From: Octopus vulgaris
Taxonomy: Eukaryota
Direction of reading: 5' to 3'
DNA length: 64,000 bases
Assembly: GCA_951406725.2 (NCBI GenBank)
Contig: OX597826.1
Location: 63,426,001 to 63,490,000, forward strand
Shown here: positions 1 to 11,494 of the stretch, piece by piece
How the letters are laid out: each line of letters begins with the position of its first letter
Numbering within the stretch: the first letter of the stretch is position 1
Position numbers and translations under genes: made by a program
The notes under the pieces: model-generated
The model's input: the letters and a program-made list of their open reading frames with translations, nothing else
Told to the model about the DNA's origin: nothing
Database searches by the model: none

Positions 1-1435
1 TTTCTTGTTTATACAGCACAAATTGAGTATCATCTTCCAAGTTCTGATTTGGTGGCACAAGTCTTGAGTCACCCTCAGCTTCTTTTTTATTTTGCCTGAA
101 GGGCACATCACCTTGTTTACTTTGCAAATTGCTTTCACCACCTTGCTCACTCTTCATAAGTGACACATCACCCTCAACACTCTGCACAAGAGACACATCA
201 TCTTTAGCCTGTCTCTCAAGTGACACATCTCCTTCCCGCCCTTGCCTAACTTGAATGAGTGACACTTCATTTTCAGCTCCCTGCAAGAGTAGTAAATCAT
301 CTCCAGTCTCATGTGTGCTGTCCCTTTCAGCTTCCTGTTTAGATTGTGCATCTTCATCTTGTTTACTCTGTGAGAAACACACATCCACAGATTTACTTTG
401 GGAAGAACCAATACCTTCAGAACAGCTATCTATACTTTTTCTCTCCAGTTTTACATTGCACTCTCCATTTTCTATCACATCTGTACATGTCTTATTATTT
501 ATAACATCTTGCTTACACTCTGAAAGGTCTACATCTTCTACTATGGCTTTGACTTCACACAAAGCCAGCTGCACACCACTCTTAGCAGCAAGCAAGCTAT
601 TTGAAAGTTCTGTAGTCTGCTGTAGTTTGTAGTCTGCTGTAACCTTCATACTATCCGTGAATTCCATATCTTTCTGATTTTTGTTAGCATAAGTATTAGT
701 TAAAATATCTTCATTCTCTATTTTCACATCATCAGTATTTCTAACTGAAAGTTTAGAATCAAAACATGCCTTTTCTCCAGTTGCACCCAAGTCTCTATTA
801 CTTTCCTGGGCATCTAAAACTTTACTTTTACGGTCAATGTTTTCCATTTTCACTTCAGATTGTACTACAGAATCTTCTCTTCCAAAATTACAAACTTCAT
901 TTAAGTATTCTATTGTATTGATGGTATAGTCTTGTACAGAACACTCAGAAGTCACTTCAATGTTTTCATTCAATACACATGACCCGGATTCTAACAAACC
1001 AGATAATTTAAAAGCTTCACAATCATCTGGTTTGGAAACTTGCAGATTTTGTATACCTTTTGCTATCAATTCTTTGGCCTCAGCAAGTTTTTCTTCAAAT
1101 TCATTCAATAGTTTGACTGTTTGACACTTTTGCTTCATCATCATCATTCGTAATGTTTCCCGGGCCTGATTTGGTCGGATTTCATTGATAAGATGATTGA
1201 GGTTTATGAATAGTAAACGCAGGTCATTCAGTTTTTCTTGCCTATCTGAAGAGTTGGGGTTCCGAATAAGTATGTCTATTAAATCTAGAAAGCACACAAG
1301 AATGGAATGGTTCAGTTTCTTCATTTCCTTTTTACGATTATGGTTTTCAGGATATAACTGTGTAAGTCCTAGGGATTCTAATGTCTGAATGGGTTCATTA
1401 ATGTTGGAAGGTACACCAAATACTGTGTAGTTCTC
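1..1435 (-). CDS. MED7: MED7-like Mediator subunit, coding exon 2 (MED7 domain plus long acidic extension; open past window edge)
   Basis: Acceptor (T)n-GCAG at 1436-1440. Manual translation ENYTVFGVPSNINEPIQTLESLGLTQLYPENHNRKKEMKKLNHSILVCFLDLIDILIRNPNSSDRQEKLNDLRLLFINLNHLINEIRPNQARETLRMMM matches the MED7 core (KKELRKLN..IL..FLDL.DILIR.P...HLINEYRPHQARETL). No stop in 478 codons to base 1, which explains its absence from the ORF track. Confidence 0.9.
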
Positions 1436-1790
1436 CTGCAAAAAAAAAAAAAAAAAAACTGCTTGTAAAAATAATTATTTCTATATAGGTACAGGCATGG
1501 CTGTGTGGTTAAGAAGCTCACTTTTGCAACCATATGGTCTCAGGTTCAGTCCCATTGTGCAGAGCCTGCACCATACTTCTGTATCTATTTTGGTATGGGT
1601 CTTTTATGATTGGATTCCCTTCCAAATACCAACCACTCCACTGAATAGGCTGAGTGCTTTCTACATGGCATTCCATATTATGGAAGTATTACATTCAAGA
1701 AAATCATGCATTAACAGAGTTCTGTAGAGTGGTACAGGTTTTCTGATTTTTATGTTCATTGATTTACATCTAATCTAAAGGCAATGGTAA

Positions 1791-2168
1791 TGTCGCGGCA
1801 CAAACATCCAGCACCATATTAGGTGAGATCTCGTGGCAGCTATTGCCATCTCCAAGACTGGAGCGAGACCTCACCTGCATCCATTTGCCATGTGCAAGAT
1901 CACGAGGCTCGCAATGGAGAAAACTATATAAATGGGAAACTGATTCAGATCAGCCTCTTTTGGCACCATAGACAGCAGCATTGGCTGAACACCAACACAG
2001 GCAGCGCTTTCTGCTTGTCTATCTCCAGAGGCAATGCACCCACACCATTCGGAGCTTAAGATGGTAGCTGTGAGCAGCACACTTCACCCTTTCCTGTAAA
2101 TAAACCAGTTGTAAATAGCATTTATGCATGAAGTCTTTTTTCTTTGCCTACCGAAAGCCTGAACTACA
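1791..2168 (+). mobile_element. Probable solo LTR in MED7 intron
   Basis: TGT...ACA ends, GC-richer than flanks, TATATAAA near 1926, AATAAA near 2099. Only a 3-bp TAA repeat flanks it, so the TSD is not convincing. Confidence 0.5.
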
Positions 2169-2324
2169 TAAACAACAAGAAAAAGATGATGGATGAAGAT
2201 GATATTCCTCCGAGATATCATAAACCCTGCCTTCCATTACTAAAGTAAAACAGGTTTCATGCTACAGAAAACATTACAGCAAGATTTTTCAGGAGTGCAA
2301 TGCTTTAACATACAATGTCAGTAT

Positions 2325-2731
2325 ACTCTTTTACTTGTTTCAGTCAGTTGACTGCGGCCATGCTGGAGCACCGCCTTTAGTCGAGCAACTCGACCCCCCC
2401 CCCCCCCGGGACTTATTCTTTGTAAGACCAGTACTTATTCTATCAGTCTCTTTTGCCGAACCGCTAAGTGACGGGGACATAAACACACCAGCATCGGTTG
2501 TCAAGCAATGCTAGGGGGACAAACACAGACACACAAACATACATGCAAACATATATATATATATATATATATATATACGACGGGCTTCTTTCAGTTTCCG
2601 TCTACCAAATCCACTCACAAGGCTTTGGTCGGCCCGAGGCTATAGTAGAAGACACTTGCCCAAGGTGCCACGCAGTGGGACTGAACCCGGAACCATGTGG
2701 TTGGTAAGCAAGCTACTTACCACACAGCCAC
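2325..2731 (-). mobile_element. tRNA-derived SINE, family A (~400 bp, internal (TA)n/(TG)n, AAAAGAGT tail)
   Basis: Near-identical to >10 other copies in the window; head TGGCTGTGTGGTAAG...GGTTCAGTCCC (A/B-box-like). Confidence 0.9.
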
Positions 2732-2789
2732 TTAAACTTATTTTGTCTCTCCATCCATTTATCTTCAGTACCTGTTATCCCTAAGAGGT

Positions 2790-3110
2790 TTATAGGGATT
2801 AGAGTCCTCGGGTACCTCCTTGATTGGGTCCCATCAGAAACAACTGTCATTACACATTCTGGCTAAATTCCCAAGAGGGACCAACTGAGAATATGGATAT
2901 CATCCAACCATCTTGCTTTTTTGTTTAACCCTAGGCCTATCCCTGCCAGTCTGCTCGATCCTTCTCATGATCCATCTCTCAAGTATTCTAATCACATGTC
3001 CATAGTATTGAAGCTATGACCTTTTGTGATACAAAAGTAGCAGTTCCACCTGAAGTGACTCAAAGCTACGCACTCTGTCAAGCACTGTTACTCCAGAGAT
3101 CCTTTGAAGA
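2790..3110 (-). mobile_element. Decayed RTE-clade LINE 3' ORF remnant
   Basis: Minus-strand translation with frameshifts gives LQYYGHVIRI...DRPRVKQK/ARWLDDI..LSWSLLGI, resembling the RTE C-terminal LRWFGH..RM...RP.GRP..RW.D motif. Confidence 0.55.
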
Positions 3111-3292
3111 TACCCCATTTCAACTGTTTGTATTTGAATTGTACTCTTTTAATCATTACCCAACATTCATAATGATGGGTGAAAATGGGCACAGAAACTG
3201 AAATGAAGATACCAAGTGTGATGTGATTTTTTTTTTTTTTTTTTTACCAACCTCTTCTGAGGCTGATTTTGTCAATTGGAAATAAATTTTAC

Positions 3293-3403
3293 CTGAGTTG
3301 GTGGTGGTGCTGGTATTCCTTTTGCCATATTTTCATCAGTACAGTACCTGACATATTGCATGGGAGGTAAAGGGAAAGAACTAACACCAAGACGGTCAGA
3401 CAT
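3293..3403 (-). CDS. MED7: MED7-like coding exon 1 (MSDRLGVSSFPLPPMQYVRYCTDENMAKGIPAPPPTQ)
   Basis: ATG at 3403, phase-0 donor CAG|GTAAAA at 3293/3292. An acceptor at 3420-3422 implies an upstream non-coding exon. PLPPMQY...TDEN...PPP matches the MED7 N-terminus. Confidence 0.9.
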
Positions 3404-3950
3404 TTGCAGCAGGATTTTACTGAAAAAAAAAAAAGATATTTTAAAAATATGAAACAATAACCAGAATCATCCAAATAATGCTAGCACGTGATTATTACCA
3501 AAACACTTTTTTATTTGATCCTTTAATCAGATCAAAAAAGAGAGGAAAGATAGTGCCTGTAATCTGTTACAACATCCTTGTAAAAGGTTATGTAAGAGAG
3601 GGAGGGAGGAATCTCAAACTGGAAACCCTGCCCAAATGCTTGCAATAGAGTGGGTTCTGCTATAGGCACCAAGAGAAAAATCCTTCAGGGTTTAATAAAA
3701 TAACTGATAAGATCTTGTCAGTCCCAAATTCACAATGCTGAAGGATACTGAAATCTGCACAGATGAATGTGAGGACATAAGGTTCATCCTGCCCGTTCTG
3801 GAAGAACAAAGTAGCGTTTAGAAGGAACTTGTTTCTTGTTGATCAATCAGCCTACAAGCCAGAGGAAATACAAAGTCATTCTGGGGACTAATAAACTTTA
3901 TTTTCAGGTAACAAACCTAAAAGGGAATAACTGGTAGAAGTTGCCGCATA

Positions 3951-4021
3951 GGATCTTTTCACTTTGACCGGCAGATTTAAAAGATAATTTTTTGTAACCG
4001 CCGGTCAAAGTGAAAAGATCC
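3951..4021. mobile_element. 71-bp internally deleted MITE, GGATCTTTTC-TIR family
   Basis: 22-bp perfect TIR GGATCTTTTCACTTTGACCGGC / GCCGGTCAAAGTGAAAAGATCC; no TSD visible. Confidence 0.7.
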
Positions 4022-4098
4022 AAAAAAGATGACCAGAGTTATAGTTGGAAAGATGGATGATTTAAATTTCCAATTCTTGTTAATTTATTTTATGCAGT

Positions 4099-4490
4099 GG
4101 ATCTTTTCAGGGTCTTACTTGTACTTGTGGCGACATTCACCCTGGGCGGGTTGAGTCAGTTTCTTCTACCGTAGAAGTTTCGTGGGAATATGTGGATTTC
4201 ACAAGCGGTCCCCAACAATCCCGCATGTAGAGACATCCTGTTTGCCGCAGATTGTCCGCAGACGCAGGGACGGAACGACCGAGGAGCCGCCGGTTGCCGA
4301 AACAGACACTCCGAGGATTTTCTCCAGAGCCCCGTCTGCTGGGTTGTGGCCCTAATACCACTCGGTGTCAGACCAATCCGCCTTGGGCGGCCCTACCAGG
4401 AAACGAAGTTCCCGACGGCATAGCTCTGACACTACCCATTGCCAGCGTCCCCACCACGGTGAGGAGGGGATGGTCAAAGTGAAAAGATCC
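4099..4490. mobile_element. GC-rich RTE-leader-like sequence bracketed by GGATCTTTTCA...TGAAAAGATCC ends
   Basis: Ends match the same TIR family. The minus-strand interior contains GAGCTATGCCGTCGGG...CCTGGTAGGGCCGCCCAAG, resembling RTE/BovB/Expander 5' leaders. Confidence 0.55.
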
Positions 4491-5214
4491 TCTTTTTTTA
4501 ATTCAGTACACTCAAGGGCATGACTTTTGGAGAATATTATTTCATGCTCAGAATTCTCAAAGCCTAGAAAAAAAAAATACATTAATGATTAATTTCAAAA
4601 ATTCCAGGTTTCTGAATCCTTCAAAGTTTCCAGGTTTCTTGAAATTCACCAAAATTACTCCTTAAGTATCTATGCACCCTTTCTTTTTTAAAACTTTTCT
4701 TTTTGTATTTTATTCTATGTAAATTTTAGCTATCATTGCAGTCTTTCTTTGACATACATGTCTGCTTGCAGTTCCCTCTTAACTGAGGAGCTGCAATGCA
4801 CCTTAACCACTGTATACAATAAGTTCAGTATTATAATTCTTGAATGCTCCTATAATTAATGTGTTCCAGTTTATTCAAATATAGGGCAAAAGTGGATTTG
4901 AAACATTTAGACATGGGGCACAAAAATACACTTTCTTTCAGGGATCCCTCAAAGAGCTTCTACTTGAGTTTGTTGTCCGTTTCACCTATTACAAAAGAAA
5001 AAAAAAAAAGAAAGAAAAAAGTGATGCAATGGATTTATTTTTTAATTGGCAGCTGTTGCAAAACGACTCAAGAGCTGGAAGTTTCGTGCATGGCACTTAA
5101 TCAAAAATGTCATACACGAAACCTTTGGCCCCCAAATCACTTTGCAACTTCTGCCAATTAAAAAAAAATAATTTTATATAATTTCGTTACTTATCCATAC
5201 AAGTAATAATATGG

Positions 5215-5624
5215 GGATCTTTTCGGTTTGAACGGCAGTTTTTTCTAGCGGTGTCATATGAAATTGTCACCCATAATTATGACCCTAGTATCGATCTATT
5301 GCATTTCAATCTGTTTTAGGATTAGCGTTAGGGTATCTTTTTTTCTTCCCAAATGTAAATAAACCCAATCTGTTTCTTAAACGAGGGGCATTTCCATACG
5401 GCACAGAATGTTTTCACCTCAATAGACGTCATTGATTGGTTGAAATTGCAGAAATTGAAAAAAACAAAAAAGAAAAACCAAATATCTTACAAACTATAGA
5501 ATTTTCTCAATAGAGCCAAGAGAAAAAGATGTTTTATAAACACATTCTACCAGTATACGAAGTTTAAAATTTTTTTGTTACCTAGAAATTATGTTAAATA
5601 CTGCCGTTCAAATTGAAAAGATCC
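5215..5624. mobile_element. Merlin-like MITE
   Basis: TIR GGATCTTTTCGGTTTGAACGGCAG / CTGCCGTTCAAATTGAAAAGATCC with perfect 8-bp TSD TAATATGG (5207-5214, 5625-5632). GG ends plus an 8-bp TSD fit Merlin/IS1016; the superfamily is inferred. Confidence 0.8.
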
Positions 5625-6789
5625 TAATATGGAAAGGAATAAATGAAGCTGAAAACGCACAGAATATATAGAGATTTATTTAAATTTTAAAATAAATATG
5701 GCTGTGCATTTGTAAGATTTTCAAAAACGTACATTAAAAAAAAAAACGTGGAGTTGCATAGCAAACTAAATTGTGTGAATGTGTGCACACACACGCACCG
5801 AGTTTTACTTTCCCTCTTTGTATCACAAAAGTGAATGTACGTAGTAAATTTATCAATATAACCAGGTCGAAAATGTGTCTTCCAACAAACAACAGTCTTG
5901 CTGCTGATTATTTGCAGCTAGCTGAAGTGAGTCATCATATGTTCTATATCTTGACCCTGAACACATTACATCTGTTGTCATTTAGTCTCGTCTCACGGCA
6001 CCTAAGATCAAACAGGTCTCTTTGACCAAAACTTATTCAAGCCGAAACCATATTGACTTATACTTAGTACAACGTTAGCCAATGTTTGTTTCTTTTTTAC
6101 AAAACAATAATGTATGGTTTGAGGGATATTTGTCAATTATTTCCAGCTGGTTGGGCAACCATGGAGTGATTCCCTCACTGGCTCATATAACATCATAATA
6201 TACCGCCAGTAACGATATATTACACCATAGTCGATATTCTCTTTTGCAGTCTCTATTCTTTCGCGATTTAACCAGTCAGGTTGTCACTGAGTGAAACAAT
6301 CTTTGTTACTGTATTTATGTTGAGATGCTCTGTGTTTTTTTCAACTATTTTAAATATAACAAAGAATTTAGTAAAATAACTTAATTATCATTAATCTAGT
6401 GTTAGGAACGTAAATTGTGACTAAGGCTTGGTGGAATATTTTTATTCAAAACTTATGAAAACAAGACATTTTACCACAGAGCCAGAGCCGGTTTTGGCCG
6501 GGTTAACGAACATTGAACTGAATTTTCCAATTAACAGAACACACGATCAGTTCTACAGTTCCATTTATTTAAAGAAAATGAATTACTTAAAATCTCTGGT
6601 TATAGTATTGTCTTCCGTAATCGCATTAATGTTGCCTTATATGTAAATTAAGCGGAGGGCAGGCTGTATACATTTACTATAATTATGTACTAGTGTAGAG
6701 ACCGCTTTCTTTCTCTTTTTATTGTCTTTCTTTTTGTACTATATAGGCATCATACGTGTTATATATGTAATAAAATATTTTCTTTGTTG

Positions 6790-7181
6790 ATATAATAAAA
6801 GTAAGGTTGTGTGTCTGTCTCCTACGATTTAGATTCCTAACTACTTCCACATTTTGCGGTGCAGTTTAACCAAAACCGGGTATCTTATAGTCGTGATTCA
6901 TATCGAGCCCTTCTGGGTATTAGCGCGCGTCTACGATGAGTCTACGATTTAAAAAAAAAATTGCCATCATTTTTTTCCATTTTAATGCATTTTTTCGCTA
7001 TTATATAAGGGAAGTAACTCTCTAAAAATGTCTACGATGAATCAACGATTTAAAAAAAAATTAACCATTTTTTTTTCCATTTTTAATGCATGTTTTTGCT
7101 ATTTTTTGGCTATAACTCTCTAAAAATGCTTATATAGTTATTTCCCTTACAAATCCGAGCAACGCCGGGCGATACTGCTAG
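6790..7181 (+). mobile_element. Non-autonomous Helitron
   Basis: 3' end CCGAGCAACGCCGGGCGATACTGCTAG|T (subterminal hairpin plus CTAG); homologous to 36117-36618; 5' end degraded. Confidence 0.8.
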
Positions 7182-7400
7182 TAAAATATAAAGGCTTTCC
7201 TATATAGTCAGAAACGTAAAAAAACAAGTGATGAAGAGTTTGCATCTCCTTGTAACTTCTCAGTTTTGACCTTTTTTTTTCCCGAATATTTATTCAGGTC
7301 AACGTAACGCATGTTTTTTGAAGACTCAAGAACTTGAAAAATTCTTCAAAAATCATAATCCACGATGCTTGAAACACACTTGGCTTTTGAAGTACTGGAT

Positions 7401-8119
7401 CAGCGGCTCACAACTAGAGGCCATATGATCCTTGGGGGTCCAGATAAGATTTTGTCAAAATTTATATGCAGTAAATTGGATCCAATTTGGATCTTTTCGC
7501 TTTGACCGGCAGATTTTTAAAATAATTTCTTTGTAACTAAACACTTTTAAACTTCGTATACTGGTAGAATGTGTTACATAAAACATCTTTTTCTCTTGGC
7601 TTTGAGAAAATTCTGTAGTTTGTAAGCTATTTGTTGTTTAATTTCTTGCTTTTCGACAATTATATTTGTACAATACACAAAGTATTTTAACAATTTTTTT
7701 TTATACAATTCCAAATAATATTGAAAATATAATAGAATTTTTTTTTTTAAACATTGAACGGATATGAGAGTCCACTCGAGTAAAATAAGAATCAAAGGGG
7801 GCGAAAATAAAGAATACGTACACCAGGTGTTTAGGGTTAGGGCTTTTGTTACGCCAAAAACAGTTGGTATACGTATTATTTACCTTTGCCTCAAAGGGGT
7901 CCATAGGCAAAAATTTTTTTTTAAATGGTTGAGAAACGGATATGAGGGTCCACTCAAATAAAATAGGAATCAAAGGGGGCGAAAATAAAGAATACGTACA
8001 CCCAGTGTTTAGGGTTAGGGCTATTGTTACGCCGAAAACGGGTGGTGTACGTATTATTTACCTTTGCCTCAAAGGGGTCCATAGGCAAAAATTTTTTTTT
8101 AAATGGTTGAGAACCGCTG
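7401..8119. mobile_element. hAT-like MITE carrying a GGATC-family fragment (from 7489) and a ~180-bp tandem duplication
   Basis: Ends CAGCGG...CAAC / GGTTGAGAACCGCTG shared with 51551-52229 and 56329-57005; 7756-7935 is repeated at 7936-8113. Confidence 0.65.
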
Positions 8120-8761
8120 CGCAAGATTACTTCAGGCTGCATTCCAATCACGGGCAACCTGCGGCCCGTGGACTCTCTGAAATATTAATATTAATATTAC
8201 ATTCAATTTTCTCAATAGTGCGGCTCTCCCGATAATGACTCATGTCTCATGCGACCCGCTTCTCCTAAAAGGTTGTCTTTAGGAAAACAGAAATAAATAC
8301 CGTAATTTGATGGCATATTAGATGCACTTTTTTGTCAAAAATAAAGCTGGGTCCTATATGCCAAGTTACTTTAAATATTTACATGTTTTTATGACTAAAA
8401 AAAAATTTTCTTAAATATGCGCTGTTGAAATTTTTAGGCCATCGAAATAACGTATATATTTTTGAAAAAAATTATCTATACAAGTAAACAGGAAAGAAAA
8501 TGTGAAATAAATAAATCAAATTCAATTAAAAATATCAGCAAATATGAGATATACGTACGAAACTTTTTATGTTTTACAACTCCCAATTTCCAGAAATATC
8601 CATTAAAACATTTTCCTCTTTTAAAAATCGAAACTTCAAAAAATGAAGCGAATGTTTTCTTCTATTTATGTCCCAGGCATCTAATTAGAAACAGAACATT
8701 ATAAAAGAGGGGTTGCAGGTTTGAATTTAAACAGTATAATTAATTAGCAGGAAGATATTTA

Positions 8762-10095
8762 AAAGCGTGGGTAACAGGTTCGATATTAGCTTGCGTAAAA
8801 AAAAAAAAAATGGCATACCTACGCGTATGTACCTCACCACGAATTTACTTCCTGATAACTCCCAGGAAAGTTTATATTTCTTAATGAAATTTTCTGGAAA
8901 TATCTTTCAGATGGTGTAGAGTTCATTTGTATTGTAATTTGTGGTGAAAAATGTTTTCGGGGCGCGGGAAAGGAGTTTCGGGCAATTCACACGAATTGAC
9001 TTTATTTCCTCATAACTTTCAGAAAAAAGGGTATTTTTTATTGTAATTTTCTACATATACCTTTCAGATGCTGTAGATTATGATTAAATCAGAATTTAAT
9101 GTAATAAAAAAGAAATCATCCATACTGAAGAACATCACATATATATCTACAAAATAAAACTTGCAATTTTGGAAAAATTATGTGATGTGTCAGTGTGTGT
9201 GTGTGTGCCAGCACGCATGTGTGCCCAGTAATTATTCTTTTTACATTAAATTCCAATATAGATTCTTATTTCCAGCCACAAGGGCCAAACACAGAGGGGA
9301 CAGTACAAGGACAGACAGAATGCCACAGTGGGGACAAAAACACAAAACGAATGAGAAAATGAGAAAAATGTTAAATAAAAAGGAAAAAAATGACAAATGA
9401 AATGGCCGCATGAGCCCCACTCTCATGTAATACCATTTGAACGTATTTACTTGTAGTTTATCTTTTTTTTACCGTTTTTTTTTTTAACAATTTTATTATT
9501 TTTTGAATAAATTATGAATGGCTCTAGATCTCTTAATTCCACTACTGACGGCAGTTCGTCAAACTCCACCTCAAATCCCGGCGGATCAATGTTACACATT
9601 TCCTTCCACCTATCGTATCTGTCTTTATTTTAATTACAATGATTTTCACATTTTCTTCCGTATGTATCTGCAGACAACTTAACCCTTTCAACAGTTTCAA
9701 ACTTCATTTTCATTCTTTCAGTTGCCATGCTCTTAGCATATGTAACGAAATTCCATCTGTATTTTCCAATATAATCATACTTTACACCACCTGAAAAGTT
9801 TTTGTAGAAAATTTCACCAAAAATTACATGTTTCTAAAAGCTATGAAGAAACAAATTAAACTCGTGTCAATTATCTGAAATGCCTCCTACCTCCAAAAAA
9901 TTCTATTTTTCCTGCAAATTCTTATACTATCAGAATAGACACAATCTGAAGGATATTTGCAGAAAATTCCACTTAAAAATATCTAATTTTCTTACAGTTA
10001 CAAAGAAACAAATTTGTGCAGATATGCCAAAAAAGAGAATTATTGATACTATTTGACAATATCTAGACAGCTATATCGAATCCAACACCACATTT
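8762..10095. mobile_element. Old DNA-transposon-like element with inverted subterminal repeats
   Basis: Left GTGGGTAACAGGTTCGATATTAGCT versus right (reverse complement) GTGGTGTTGGATTCGATATAGCT. The motif TTTTCT..AAATA.CTTTCAGATG.TGTAGA is repeated on the left and inverted on the right. Confidence 0.45.
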
Positions 10096-11271
10096 ACAAC
10101 ATTTATTTTTCTTTTTCAAATATTTTATGATTCCTACTTTCAACAATAAAGTTCTGCAAAAAACATAGTTTTTCAAATTTTTGAAATGTTTCATTTGTTC
10201 TTCACCCACCCAAATTTTTAGCTGCAACATTTTTGAAAATATTTTTTGGAATTTTACATTTAGAAATATGGAGATTGAAGATTACAATTTTGAAAAGAAG
10301 ACTTTTTCAGAATTTCAACTTTCTAATGCCAATTGCTTACAGTAATTTTCCACTTTCATTTTGATGTTCTGTTCAGGGAAAATGCTGGCTTGCCCACTTA
10401 GCCAATATGGTGGCATCATTCAAAAGTTACCACAATGTGAGGAAGTGCATTGTGACCAGTGGTGTATAACAACATACTTTCAACAGTCTGGTTAATACAG
10501 TGATATATATATATATATATATATATATTGCTGACAAGGAGAAAATTCTTATGAATTAACTTTGAAATTGGGACCAATGCAGTAATAACGGATTTTTTAG
10601 AAATTTCTATCGGCTTGTTTAAAGATGCATTAATTATAATGGTTATTGACAATTTTGTCTTTTTTTCGGCATATTTGGTATTAGAATTTTTCTTTTGCCC
10701 TTATTTTATAAGTTATTTATAAATTTAACCGTTAAAGGTATTTTTTGATATGCTGGCCATTGATAAAATTTTTTTCGAAAAAGAATTTTATCCTACATTA
10801 GTTATATATATATATGTTGGAACACACGGAAGTGGAAGACCCAGGAAGACAAGATGTAGTACTGAAGAAGAACTTCAGGATGCTAAACCTATCAGGTGAG
10901 ATGACAAAAGGACCAAGATATCTTGCACCTTGTTGTACACAAGAAGACCTATACTCTGCAGCAGAAATGTTAAGACTGGTCCCTCTGGTGGTGTAAAGCA
11001 CTTGTGGCAGTGCAACCCATGTGGTGTTACGTAAAAGGCACCCTTGCAGTGCTATGTAAAAGCACCCAGCACCTTCTGTAAAGTTGTTGGTGTTAGGAAG
11101 GACATCCATCTGTAGAAATCAAGCCAAATGAGACTGGAGTCTGGTGCAGCTTGCCAGCTCTGGTCAAATTGTCCAACCCATGCTAGCATAGAAAATAGAG
11201 GTTAAATGATGATGATATGTGTGTATGTATGTATATCTGTATGTATGTATGAATGTATCTATCTATATCTA

Positions 11272-11351
<80 letters not shown>

Positions 11352-11494
11352 TTAATAAGGGTGAGAGAATTAGATACTAATTTAATAGCATATCTATTCA
11401 ACACCAAGTGGCCCAGTGCCTCGAGAAACCTGGATTATTATAATATTTTATAATATATTATAATATTTTATAATATATTATAATATTTTATACA

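Noticed and set aside
154-632. ORFs 154-411 (-) and 255-632 (+)
   Set aside because: Alternative-frame and antisense shadows of the MED7 exon.
2498-2707. Recurrent 'YDGLLSVSVYQIHSQG' peptide family across many ORFs
   Set aside because: Antisense translation of SINE family A copies, not a gene family.
7830-8021. TTAGGG telomeric repeats
   Set aside because: Only two units per site, inside transposon-derived sequence.
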